A stretch of DNA of 64,000 nt, from contig NW_015170393.1 of NCBI RefSeq assembly GCF_001447785.1, positions 1 to 64,000 on the forward strand, written 5' to 3'. The DNA is from Gekko japonicus. Lineage: Eukaryota. The translations under genes and the position numbers were made by a program. Shown here piece after piece: positions 23,577 through 36,200 of the stretch (positions are counted from its first letter, which is position 1; every line of letters starts with the position of its first letter). The notes under the pieces were generated by a model, which worked only from the letters and a program-made list of their open reading frames with translations, did not search any database and was not told the origin of the DNA.

Positions 23577-26500
23577 CAGATAGGTCTGGCCAAGTCAGTT
23601 CATGGTCAGAACCCATAAAGTGCTGCCAGCAGAAACAGTGCAGGTTTCGTTCTGCATGAAGTCAAATGAAAAGCACACAAATACAAATACAATACCTTTA
23701 TTGGCATAAGAGATAAAATATAATGTGCACACTGAGGATAACCAACCTACTTCTCCATCTAAAGGGAATGGAAGCCTTAAGGGCTTGGAAGCATAATATA
23801 TGAGTGTTATATATTGGAAGCGTAATGTATTAGTGTGCATATCATGAGGGAAAGGGGCCAGCAATACAGCAGTGCTGACATTTGACCCAGGGTGGGTATG
23901 CTGACCTCTGTGCAGACAGAAAGGAGGCCATTAGTCAGGGTCATCTGTGCTGAAAAGAGGAGTGAAGGATTAATCCTTGTTAACCTATCTTGTTAACACA
24001 TCCCTAGTTCAACCCATCATTTTGAGTCTTGTTCATTTCCAAAGTGCTGGTAAGTAATCGTTACAACTCAAAACCATGTACTAAGTTCCCATGGTTCCAT
24101 CTGCTATTTTTTTCCCCCTGCGTTCTGCACCCACATCTGCACACCTGAAGCTACTAGAACAGATTCAAATAGTCATTATTTGTTTTGGTTTCTCAGTTTC
24201 ATGTTTCATGCATTGAGACCGNNNNNNNNNNNNNNNNNNNNNNNNNNNNNNNNNNNNNNNNNNNNNNNNNNNNNNNNNNNNNNNNNNNNNNNNNNGGTCG
24301 GTCATATCTAATAATCCAATTTTTACAACTTCCCTTGGGGAACAGAACATTCATTTTTCCCTACTATTGTGCTCTATCCAAACCATGGGGCTCTGTCCAT
24401 GAAGGGCACCTTTAAATCCAATCTTATGGATTGCATTCAACGCTTTGAGGAATACATGGTGAAAATAAGAACATAAGAACATAAGAGATGCCAATGTTGG
24501 ATCAGGCCAAAGGCCCATCCAGTCCAACACTGTATCACACAGTGGCCAGAAATACCAGTGCCATCAGGAGGTCCACCAGTGAGGCCAGGACATTAGACGC
24601 CCTCCCACTGTTGACCCCCCCCAAGCACCAATATTACAGAGCATCACTTGCCCCAGAGTCCCTATCTATACCTTGTGGCTAATAGCCACTGATGGACCTC
24701 TGCTCACCTCTGGTGGCAATCGAAGTACTGTCAACTCGCACCTAACATACGATGACCTTAACCCTAACTCTAACCCTGTAGTGTTTTCAGCTCAAGAGAT
24801 GAGCAGTGGTGGTTTGCCATTACCTACCTCTGCATAGCAATCCTGGAGTTCCTTGGTGGTCTCCCATCCAAGTACTAATCAGGGACGACCCCGCTTAGCT
24901 TCCAATATCTGATGAGGCTGAGCTATCCAGAACCATCCGGGTCAGGGTGCTGAGGAACACATATGAAAGTGCAACACTGTAAAACACTGAACATTATCAT
25001 CCCATTGCTATTTATCCTACAAATCTGAAGTCCTTTTGTCAGTCTGGTTTACCCTATGCAACAAAACAATATTTACTGTGTACGCTTGAGCAATAGATAA
25101 CCGGCTTTATCTCCAAGACCCAAATTCAGATCACACAACCATGTGTTTCCCTAATGGTCTGCATCGCTAGATAAGGAGAACAGAAATTGGATACCTGAGG
25201 GTCTCACAGCTTGACATGCCAGCGCATTGTTGGTTTACCTCCTTTACACTAGCATGCCTCAGGGTTTGGGGTCTTGAAAAATGGTTCTGGGGGAGAGATT
25301 AGCTTCTCCTCCCCACCTGCCATGGTCCTGAGAATGACTGAGCCCCACACCTTTTTTAAAGCAAGATCATTCCTGTGGTAAAATGGCTGTGGCATTCTTG
25401 GTTTGCCCTTGAGGGTGCCATTTTGTCTACTTGTACCTTAGTTGCCATGCTAAGTAGTCTACAGACTAGCCTCAGGACTGTGTTGTCAAAGCCTTCAGTG
25501 CCAGCTTTCCCTAGCTTGAGATATTGCCAAAAAAACAATGGTGGAGAGCGTTCACAGTGGAGAGCATTCTTCTATTGTGGTCCACTTTATAAAAATGGCT
25601 GCTAAGAGGACAGCGGTTCAGCCAATCCTGTTTCACATAGTGGCTAACCAGATAAGTCCTAGAAGGGCTTCAAGAATGGCCAAAGGCCTTCCTCCACCGT
25701 TTCCTCCCGGTACTAGCTAACTGCCTGAGAGAATGGAGCTCCCATTTAGTGACCATGGCTAACAGTTCCTTGAGGATTGGTCTTCCATGAACTTGTCTAA
25801 TCTATCTTTAAAGCCATCTGAGGTAGTCACCCCCATATTGCGGCAGAGAATGCCACACTGATTGACTGTGTATGCTGGAATGTTACTTAAAGATGAAAAC
25901 TCGCAGGTTTCAGCTCTTAGTGCAAAGTTTTGTGCAGCAGCTTACGACATCTGTCAGAAAGTTTTGCATACTGAAGAATTCTAACAATAATTGTACTTAT
26001 TCACTTCTTTAATTATTGTTTAGCCACTGTAACTTATTTAATTATCGTTTACCCACTGTGTCATACCTATATTTTATTGTAATCTGTGTGAACTGTGACT
26101 TGTGCTGGTCTATGACCGTTTTAAAAAAGATTAGATACAGATTGAATCAATGGTGGTGGTGGAAATTTATTTATTTAATTCAATTTCTATCCCACCCTCC
26201 CTGCAAGTGGGCTCAGGGCGGATCACAAGGTCACACAAGTCATGACAATAACAAATATAAATTAAACAATTTAAAACAGTGATCAGACAATAGAAAGAAC
26301 AGTGCCTCAACAGCAAAGTTCAGTTTTGGCTGGTCGGGAGCGTTTTCAGCAGGGGAGGCCAGAGATAGATTTGGATGTCCGCCGCCTCAACCCGAAAGCC
26401 CAGCGGAACAGCTCCATTTTGTAGGCCCTGCAGAACTGCAACAGATCCCGCAGGACCTTGATCTCAAGTGGGAGCTTGTTCCATCAGGAAAGTGCAACTA

Positions 26501-26589
26501 ATCTATTTCCCATCAACTGAATCCTCCTGAATCTATTTCCCATCAACTTCATTAAATGTCCCCATTGGGTTGGATCCAACGGCCTTTTC

Positions 26590-28080
26590 TGGGGGCAGGC
26601 CCATAGCCTGTGTGGGGCCCACGGGGCCCGGCCTTCCTGCTGGTTTTATGGGGCCCCTCCCCTGCTCCCCCTCCCCCCTGCCCATTGCTGCCGCTGCCCT
26701 CCAAAATCAGCGCTGCCGCTGCCTCCTTCTCTGGCATCCCGGACCCACAGGTACTACGCTGTTCCTCAGCTAGCGCAGCCGCAGGCTAATTAGCGGCTGG
26801 TTGCCTTTTAACCCCTTCCTTGCCGTTCATGTACTGGGCGGTGCGCACACCTCGCTGGCTCCAGATCAAAGAGTTAACAAGGCTTTGCTAAATGACGGTG
26901 CTACAGTGGCAGGGGGGATGCGGCAGCTGCCTTGGCTTGGCCAGACGTCACGGGCAGGCACCGAGGTGCCCGCTTAGGTGCCTTCCCCTGTCGTCCCCAC
27001 GCTCCTGTGAATGCCGTCTCTCTCCCCCTTCGCTCCCATTTTGTTCTGCCCCCGTAAAGCAAAATCAAGATGAATTAGCTTCCTGGGAGGGGGAAAGAGC
27101 GAAAGAGAGAAGATCGCCTCCTGTAAAATAATTGCCTAATTTGTACCCATTACTTCAACCTCACTAAAGATGTAACAACCTGGCTAACTTCATTCCTTGG
27201 AGATTTACTGAGGTATCATAATCCTTACAGAGGTTGAGTTTCCTTGAAGGAAAATAATTGATTTAATTTGTAAAGAAGAAGAAAGGAGCAGCGTGGGGGG
27301 GGGGCGATACTGTCGATGGTAGGACCCGGCCTTGCTTTCACTGAGCTTCCTGGGAGGTGAGAGGCTCGCGGGTTAGGCTGAGGCGCGGCCGGCCCTCCTC
27401 GGGTTTTCACGGTGAGAGACGAACGGGGCTGGGCGAGCCACCGCCTGCTTCTGAGCAGCAGCCCTCGACTTCCTCGGTGATCCCCCATGATCCAAATGCC
27501 AGCCGTGGCTGCCCCCGCTTAGCTTCCAAGATCTGAAGCCACTGGGTCGGACAGGCTCGCCAAGAAGGGACAGGGAAAGCTTGGTGGATTTCTTCACGTT
27601 GTCATGACTTCGTCATGGCTGTTAAAGGCAGCATCTGGCTATGACCCGGGGCTCTTTTCTCTGCCTCTCCGCACCCTGGGCTGCCTCCCCTCCCCCGCTG
27701 CTTCTCTCCCTCTCCCCCACTCCCCCCGTACCTCCAGGGCCTGAGGAGGTGAACCTTCCCCCCCCCGCTTAGAGGGCACACTGCGCTCTGATCCGAAATC
27801 TGGGACTTCCAGCGGGGGGGAAAAAAGGCTTCATGGATTCCAGGTGCTGGGGAAGGAGGCTGGCTTGGAAGGCATCCCAATCCCCCTGTAGTCCTCCCTG
27901 GGTTTCTTTCCTCCCAGGGGGAAAAGAAAGAGCGAAGCAGCCGCAAAGGAGGGGGGAGCTTGGAGAGAGAGAGAGAAGGGGGGAGGGCATTACATCACTT
28001 CCGGGTGATGTGTGAGCAGCGCGCGCACACACAAACACACTCCGCCCCCCCACTTTTCCCAGGGGCCCCCCACTAGGAAG
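26590..28080. promoter_or_regulatory. CpG island with a promoter/enhancer-like motif cluster
   Basis: High GC and CpG, not recognisably a TE. GC box (CCGCCC, about 28042), ETS site ACTTCCGG (about 27997), CRE-like GACGTCA (about 26944), TCF site AGATCAAAG (about 26863), and several TAATT and TCC(C/T)NGGG(A/G) motifs. Confidence 0.6.
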
Positions 28081-28824
28081 GCTTTAGCTATGGCCCTGTC
28101 TGGGGATGAAAAAAGGGATGGAAGTGCCCTCTTTGACCATCCCAAAAAGTTATACTGAGAATCATAGAACCTGCATGGACAAAATACATGCAGAATGTGG
28201 GCTGTAGTAAGGAAGGAAATTTGGTGAGACCAAGAGAAAAACTGGCTGGATCGAACCCAGTGTCTACTATTAAGGGAGAGAAATATTTCTATGAATCCCC
28301 TATTAAAAATTTATTTGATAACGAATGCTCTAATTAATTTGTCATCGTGATAAATTTTGATGGACCCCCCACAAACATTTCCCTCAAAAATCAACAACAG
28401 AACCTTAATTTTTAGCTTCTGAAGCATAAATACGGTAACAGCCATGGGAAGTATCCTATATGTTTGTGCATATTGGTGGCGGTGGAAAGTGCTCTCAAGT
28501 CACAACTAACATACGGTGACCCTGTAGGATTTTCAAGGCAACAAACGTCCAACAAACTGTCAACCCTGGATTTCTTTGAAGGTCTCCAGTCCATGTCCTA
28601 ACCAGGGTGAACCCTGCTTAGCTTCAGAAATCTGACAAGATTAGGTAGCCTGGGCCGTGGTCCAGGTCAGGTCACATTCTGCATATTACATGACTCTTAC
28701 TTGTTGAACATGGAGATGATTGTCATAATCTGTTTTTTATGTAGGAGATTGACCCAAGTCTTCTTAATAATTATATGCTGGACCTTTCTGGCTGTATTTT
28801 TACCAGTGGTCTAATGTAATGTTA

Positions 28825-29174
28825 AAGGTAAAGGTGGCTCAAGTGGTTAAGACACTGAACTGCAGGCTGTGGAAGGTCAGTAGTTCAGCAGTTCAAGACC
28901 CGGGTGCCGCATGACGGAGTGAGCTCCCGTCTCTAGTTCCAGCTCCTGCCAACCTAGCAGTTCAAAAGCAAGAAATTGCAAGTAGATAAGTAGGTACCAC
29001 TTCGGTGGGAAGGTAACAGCGTTACATGTGCCTTGGTGTTTAGTCATGCCGGCCACATGACCACGGAAACGTCTTCGGACAGCGCTGGCTCTTCGGCTTT
29101 GAAACAGAGATGAGCACCGCAACCCTAGAGTAGGACTCGACTGGCTTTCGAGCAAGGGAACCTTTACTTTACTT
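28825..29174 (+). mobile_element. Sauria SINE with an inverted tail fragment at its 5' end
   Basis: Matches the other copies. TSD TAATGT(A/G)ATGTTA. Confidence 0.9.
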
Positions 29175-30436
29175 TAATGTGATGTTACATGTAATCTGTC
29201 AGTAGAACCTTTTCACCACAATGGGATGTTCATTCTGACCCTATAATCAATCCAATACATTTTTTACTATCACAAGCATTTTCTGACCATGAAGAGGTAT
29301 GTGTATGTGTGTGTGTTTTTTAAAGTCCCTTGGTCTCAGCTTCTCCACCAGGTGTGATTCTTAACCTTTCTGAAGCAAAACCAAACTCCTGCTGTTCATT
29401 TTCTGTGTGTGTGCAGCCATCAATCATATTTCTGCTTTCTCATCTCCTCAATATAGTAACTAGGACTTCTTCTTTTTCTCAACAGAGCTCCCAAAAGCAT
29501 TCAGTGGTGACTATTGAAAGACCCAGGTGTTAAAATTCTGAGAAATACCCAGATGAATGTATCTCAGAATTGGCAGTTTGATAGAAATGATCAACAGCCA
29601 TCCAGCAATGTGCCAATGAGGAGTTTATTTGGGGGAATTGTTTAAACCATGGTGTGAAAAGGTGATGATTGAACTTCAAAAGAGCTTTGCCAAAAAACTG
29701 AGTGTTTCAAGTTTCACAATGACTAACATGTTTTCTGGTCACAATGAATGAGAACGAGTTTTGTTCTGTTTGCACCTTTAACTCAGAAGTAGAAAACCAA
29801 GTTGGTAATTGTGTTTTATCCCTCCAGAGACATCATTAAACTTCACCTTTTTTAAGAATAATGAATGTTTGCCTCAAAGAAGTTGGTAAAGGGCAAATAA
29901 TATTTGAGAATTAAATATGAGGATGGTATTTGTAGTTTAAACTCTCCTTGCTTTCCCAGCTCTCTGAACAACACAGATCTATCAGTAGATAAGAGCAAGA
30001 GTCCAGTAGCACCTTAAGAACATAAGAGCATAAGAGAAGCCAATGTTGGATCAGGCCAATGGCCCATCCAGTCCAACACTCTGTCACACAGTGGCCAAAA
30101 ATACCAGGTGCCATCAGGACATCCACCAGTGGGTCCAGGACACTAGAAGCCCTCCCACTGTTGACCCCCCCCAAGCACCAAGCATATGTGGCAGGGTATG
30201 AGCTTTCACGAGTCACTGCTTACTTCTTCAGTGACTCACAAAAGCTCCTCCCCTGCCACATATTTTGTTAGTCTTTAAGATGCTTCTGGACTCTTGCTCC
30301 TTTCTACTTCTATAGACAGACTAACATGGCCACCCATCTTGACAGGTCAACCAGTTGACCATCTTTATCTCATCACAATGTCTCCTTCTGACAATCATGC
30401 TTCTACCCATTCTTCCACTGTGTTTTGTAATATACT

Positions 30437-30882
30437 GGCCCCGGTCACACTAGGGGGAAAGGCACGGCTAAAGTGTGGCTTTTTTGAGCCGCATCAAAAG
30501 AGAAGCGTGGCAGCGGGATCAGACAGATCCCCCCCACCCGCCGCGCAGGTCCTCCCCGGCATGATCAGATGCCGGGAGGAAGCCACAGACCGGAGAGCGA
30601 GGCAAGCCCGCTGCACATGCGTGTGCATGCGCAGTTTGGCAGGACCTCGCATGCTACGGGAGAGACAGGTGTGCCGGCGATCAGATGGCCGTCCCTGCAG
30701 CGGATTTTCCGGTAAGTACTAGTGTTTTCTAGGGTTTTTTAAAAATCCGCATCTTCGGCCGGAAGAGACAGATCGGGGACGGGTGCGCGCTGCTTCCCAA
30801 ATGTTGTGGTGCGATCGCGCCCACTTGATGCACCCCCAATCCGTCCCTCTTGTGGATCAAAGCCTCCCATGTGACCGGGGCC
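30437..30882. mobile_element. PIF/Harbinger-like MITE, copy B
   Basis: TIRs GGCCCCGGTCACA and TGTGACCGGGGCC. Confidence 0.8.
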
Positions 30883-31863
30883 TCTATTACCCATCTCAAA
30901 AACATGGCAGGATATAAATAAAGAGATGCAATGAGAAAATCCAATAAAATCTCTTATTATTATTCTCCTTCTTCCATCCACAATCCATCTCTATAAGAAC
31001 ATATGGATAGCTGTTTGAAGACAGAACCAAGAATCGTTGGCCTACCATCCTCATTCCACAATAGCCAGCCAGGTGCTTCCAGGAAAATCCACAAGTGAAG
31101 ACAGCATTCTTCTCCCCATTGTTTGACCCCAGCACCTGGAATTCAGTAGCCTGCTGCCTCTGAATATGGAGGTTCCAGGTAGCTATCAGGGTTAACAGCC
31201 TCTGATAAGACTTCTGAACATCTCTAAATTCAGTGAAGTCTGACTTAAAACAATATAAGCCACATCTTGTGGAAATGAATCCTATACATTAATTGTGCAC
31301 TGTGTAAATAAGTACTTTTTTTGAGTCTGTCCTGAATCTATGGTCCTTCAACTTCAGTGACCTCCAGTTCTGGTATTATTGGAGAGGGAGAAAAAAGGGA
31401 TCAGTGTTGCATCATGGTTATTAAAGTGACAGATGAGCTAGGACTGGGGAGCCCTAGATTCCAATCCCCATTTTTCTTGGAAATTATTGGGTGACTTTGG
31501 GCCAGTCTTTTTCTCTCAGCCCAGCACTTCTTGCAAGATTGTTGTGATAATACAAAGGAGGAAGGGAGAACAATGTACACCATCCTGAGCTCCCTGGAAG
31601 ACTGAATCAATAATGTGCCATCAAGTAGCAACTGATTTATGGCAAACCCACCCTCAGGGTGTTCAGGGCAGAGGTGGTGTTACATTGCCTTCCTCTGCAT
31701 TGTAACCCCAGTCTTGGTGACCCCATAAGGGTTTCAAGGCAAGAGACAAACAGAGGTAGTTTGCCTTTACCTGCTTCTGTGTGGGAGCCCTGGACTTCCT
31801 TGGTGATCTCCCATCCAAGTACTAATGTGGGCCAATCCTGCTTAGCTACCCAGCTCTAACAAT

Positions 31864-32229
31864 GGCCTCGGTCACATTGGCCGGATATCACAGGGGGGAG
31901 GCGTGGCTAACTGCCCCGGCACAGTTTAATGTGCAATTATGCAATCAGACGTGCCGGCAGCACACCACGGGTCCTTCCCTCGGCACCGGCGGGTAAACGA
32001 GGGACCGGAGTGGAATGCCGCAGGCTGGCGCGATCACACCACGGGTGTCTGGAAGCAGCCCGTGGCAAACATTTACTAGTACCTTGGAGGTACTAGTTTT
32101 TTAACTCGCATTGTCAGTGGTAAGCCATGGGTGCGCTCCACTTCCCAGATGTTGGGGTGTGATCGCACCCAGATAATCCACCCACCATCCGTGCCTCTCC
32201 CACGGCAACTTTGCCGTGTGACCGGGGCC
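31864..32229. mobile_element. PIF/Harbinger-like MITE, copy C
   Basis: TIRs GGCCTCGGTCACA and TGTGACCGGGGCC; internal ACTAGTACCT..AGGTACTAGT palindrome. Confidence 0.8.
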
Positions 32230-32638
32230 TCAGTCTAGGATGGTTCCCTGGAGGAAGGAGGATAAAAAGTACTGAATTTTTCTGCAGCTATCATGATTGA
32301 TTATATATACCACTTATAATTTCCTTCATTAGTAATCTTCTCATACCGTTTCCACCCATCTCTCCACCCCTCCATTTCTTCAGCCCACTGCTACGTTCCT
32401 CCACTTCCTTTCGGCTCCCTGACTCTAAATCAGCCTCCTCAGCACTTCTTTCCTTCCATGCCTATACCATATATTTCAGAAACTTGTTTAATAACGAAAT
32501 TTCTCAGTGCTCCCTTTGTAACTGAACCACTTTCCCTTCAATTGTCTGCCCTTTCCTTTAAGTCTTCATCTCTCCTACATACTCTCTCAACATGTTCTTG
32601 TTTCCCATTTGACTATGCTCCCTTTCTTCAGTTGTTTT

Positions 32639-32764
32639 GCAGAAGGCCCAAATTTATTTATTTATTTATTTAATTTCATTTATACCCCGCCCTGAGCCCG
32701 CATGCGGGGAGGGCGGGGTATAAATGAAATTAAATAAATAAATAAATAAATTTGGGCCTTCTGC
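32639..32764. repeat. Perfect inverted repeat (55-bp arms) built from an L2 3' tail
   Basis: GCAGAAGGCCCAAATTTATTTATT...TATACCCCGCCCT and its exact reverse complement. Confidence 0.95.
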
Positions 32765-33039
32765 CCTATCCATGTTAGTTTCTTTACATATTCCAAGTCT
32801 GCATCCAACCCAACAAAGCTATAGTGTGAGGCTTTATTTCTTGATAATTTTCACTTCCTCCCAGAAGAAGGACTGTAAATGTTCCAATACTTTTGTTCCC
32901 TTAAGAACTTGGAATGGGACTGAACCAGTTCATCCCCCCCTCAAAAAAACCCATTAGCTGTTCTTCATAGGGGAGGGTATTCAATATTCAGGGTGCAACC
33001 ACTGGAAAGGCTCCAACCTTCTTGCCAATTAAACCTCTT

Positions 33040-33360
33040 CCAGTATGGACCATCAAAAGACAAACAATTGGGTTCTAGATCAAATCAAGCATGAATTCTC
33101 TCTAGAAGCTAAAATGGCTAAATCTGGGGTATTCAAATTTGGCCATACCACGGGGAGAAAAGTGGAAAATGCAATAATGCTAGAAAAAGTTGAAAGGAGT
33201 AGCAAAAGAGGAGAGCCCAACATGAGAAGGATTGGTTCAATAACTGCAGCCATGCCTTCGGTCTGCAAGACCTGAGCAGAGCTATGAATATAAAAATGTT
33301 CCGGACGTCACTAATCCATGGGGTTGCCATAAACCAGAAGCAACTTGAAAGCACATAACA
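33040..33360 (+). mobile_element. Degraded RTE/BovB 3' fragment. Another at about 52780-52930
   Basis: Translation ..SLEAKMAK..FGH...IMLEKVE....RG.P.MR resembles the BovB ORF end; CCATGGGGTTGCC tail motif. Confidence 0.7.
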
Positions 33361-33569
33361 CCCAGAGTGTCACACAAAACAGGGCCTTCACAGTTGGCTA
33401 TGTTTGTATTAGGGTTGCCAGCTCAGAGTTGGAAATTACCAGGAGATTTTGGGGGTGGAGCCTGAGGGGGCAGGGTTTGGGGCCTGATGCTCTAGAAGCC
33501 ATTTTCTCCATGTGAACTGATCTCTGTCCCCTGGAGATCAGTTGTAAGAGCAGGAAACCCCCAGCCACC

Positions 33570-34250
33570 ACCTGGAGGTTGGCAACCCAAGTTTGTATTA
33601 CAGAAGGTGGCCTTTCAGAATGCCCTGTCCCTTTGGTAGAGACCAGGCCAGAAGAAGAATGCCCTGTCCCTTTAGTAGAGACCAGGCCAGAAGAAGAATG
33701 CCCTGTCCCTTTAGTAGAGACCAGGCCAGAAGAAGAATGCCCTGTCCCTTTGGTAGAGACCAGGCCAGAAGAAGAATGCCCTGTCCCTTTAGTAGAGACC
33801 AGGCCAGAAGAAGAATGCCCTGTCCCTTTAGTAGAGACCAGGCCAGAAGAAGAATGCCCTGTCCCTTTAGTAGAGACCAGGCCAGAAGAAGAATGCCCTG
33901 TCCCTTTAGTAGAGACCAGGCCAGAAGAAGAATGCCCTGTCCCTTTAGTAGAGACCAGGCCAGAAGAAGAATGCCCTGTCCCCTGGAGGTTGGCAACCCA
34001 AGTTTGTATTACAGAAGGTGGCCTTTCAGAATGCCCTGTCCCTTTGGTAGAGACCAGGCCAGAAGAAGAATGCCCTGTCCCTTTGGTAGAGACCAGGCCA
34101 GAAGAAGAATGCCCTGTCCCTTTAGTAGAGACCAGGCCAGAAGAAGAATGCCCTGTCCCTTTAGTAGAGACCAGGCCAGAAGAAGAATGCCCTGTCCCTT
34201 TAGTAGAGACCAGGCCAGAAGAAGAATGCCCTGTCCCTTTAGTAGAGACT
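33570..34250 (+). repeat. 39-bp minisatellite in two blocks (about 9 and about 5.7 units), with a duplicated ~48-bp leader
   Basis: Unit GAATGCCCTGTCCCTTT(A/G)GTAGAGACCAGGCCAGAAGAA. Leader CCTGGAGGTTGGCAACCCAAGTTTGTATTACAGAAGGTGGCCTTTCA at about 33571 and 33982. Confidence 0.95.
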
Positions 34251-35241
34251 CAACATGTAGATATGGGCAGACACAATTTTTCATGGCATGGAGGTGAAGA
34301 AGGGACAACTCGAGGGACTTGTTTAAAAACTGGCAACCTTAATGGCTGGTCCTATTTGCAGCCTTAAATGTCAAAAGGGGCACTCTAAATAGTGCCTGGA
34401 AACAAATTGGCAATCCAATTGAATTAGGGTTGATATGGATGGTCCCAGGGATTAGCCCCTTTCAATAATTGGTGGACCATATTTTGAACAAATGTTGATG
34501 GTGGAAATTGCAATTAAGTCACAGCTAACTCACTCAGCCTCTTAGGGTATCCAAGGCAAGAGACAAACAGAGGTGGTTTGTCCTTTCCTGCCTGTGCATA
34601 GTGACACTGGACTTCCTTGGTGGTCTCCCATCCAAATATTAACCAGGGGCAACCCTGCTTAGCTTCTGAGATCTGACATGATTGGGCTATCCTGGGCCAA
34701 GCAGGTCAGAGAGAATAGATGTTAACTTTTGTAACACTATCAAAAGCAACACAGTTTTAACATAGGACTGTCACCCCATTTATTGATTTAACACCTTTTT
34801 TTTCAAGACAATTAGTGTTTTGACCTTTTTTCCTTCTTTTGCCAGCCTCAGAGATCAGTGCACTCAATAGCTTGCAAGAGGAAGTCAACATAAAAGTCAC
34901 CCCTGCACACATGACTCTCTTTGGTTTCCTGTGTCAAAAACATCTGGTGGTCAGGACAACCCGTGAAAGCAGAGACCAAGAAATGAAAAGACAATTTTTA
35001 GCAGTTCTTTGCAAATTAGTTTGAAAAGAAAGAAAAAAATAGAGCAATTATGTGGGGAAGAATTTTTTAAATGTTTGTTTAGCTGTGTTATCTAGAGGCC
35101 GCCATTTTGTAATCAGGTTACTTGTGCTAAGGGTTAAGTGGATTAGGTTCCATTTTTGTGTCCAGGTCATTTGTTCACCAAAGTTTCAGAGAGAAGGGTG
35201 GGCTGCAAATAAAGTAGACAAGTGGTGATGATGACGATGAC

Positions 35242-35325
<84 letters not shown>
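35242..35325. repeat. (GATA)n microsatellite
   Basis: About 21 perfect AGAT units. Confidence 0.97.
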
Positions 35326-35326
<1 letters not shown>

Positions 35327-35327
35327 T

Positions 35328-36200
35328 GCGGGGGCAGTCTCGCCCCAGTGTCTGCCTGTGTGTTTGTCCTGGGGGCACCGCACTTTGGAGCAACTGGCAC
35401 CAGAACCATGCTTTGGACCAGCACACAGAATGTGTCCCCTCAAAGGGGAGGGTCCGCTGAAGACCTGGGTGTATGAAGTGTGGGGGTCCAAACCTTATTT
35501 TGGGTGCAGGGGCACTTCCTTTTTCAAATCTCCTTTGGAATACAGGCCTCAGGGAAGCCCTGCGAATAGAAGCTCATGGCATCAAAACCGGTGTTTGGAC
35601 CGGGCATCACTGTATGTCACCTCGCAGGGCACAGTCTCAAGAGGATGGCAATGTGTCATTTGGGGTGTTCCAAATATTGGGGGGGGCAGTCTGGCCCCAG
35701 TGTCTGCCTGTGTGTTTGTCCTGGGGGCACCGCACTTTGGAGCAACTGGCACTGGAACCGCGCTTTGGACCAGCACACAGAATGTGTCCCCTCGAAGGGA
35801 AGGGTTAGCTGAAGATGGGGGTATATGAAGTGTGGGGGTCCAAACCTTATCTTGGGTGCAGGGGGCACTTCCTTATTCAAATCTCCTTTGAAATACAGGC
35901 CTCGGGGAAGTCCTGCAAACAGAAGCTCGTGGCATCAGAACCGGTATTTGGAACGGGCATCACTTTATGTCACCTTGCAGGGCACAGTCTACAGAGAGTG
36001 AGGATGTGTCATTTGGGGTGGTCCAAATATTTTTTGGGGCCCTTTGGCCGCAGTGTCTTCCTGTGTGTTTGTCCTGGGGGCACCACACTTTGGAGCAACT
36101 GGCACCGGAACTGCGCTTTGGACCAGCACACAGAATGTGTCCCCTCGAAGGGGAGGGTCTGCTGAAGGTGGGCGTGTATGAAGTGTGGGGGTCCAAACCT
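35328..36200 (+). repeat. ~352-bp tandem (satellite-like) repeat, about 2.5 units
   Basis: CC(C/G)CAGTGTCT.CCTGTGTGTTTGTCCTGGGGGCACC recurs at 35343, 35695 and 36048. Confidence 0.92.

Noticed and set aside
33579-34367. CRISPR-like array or repetitive protein gene (262-aa and 234-aa ORFs)
   Set aside because: Units are head-to-tail with no unique spacers, there are no cas genes, and the context is vertebrate. The ORFs are a by-product of a stop-free 39-bp unit.
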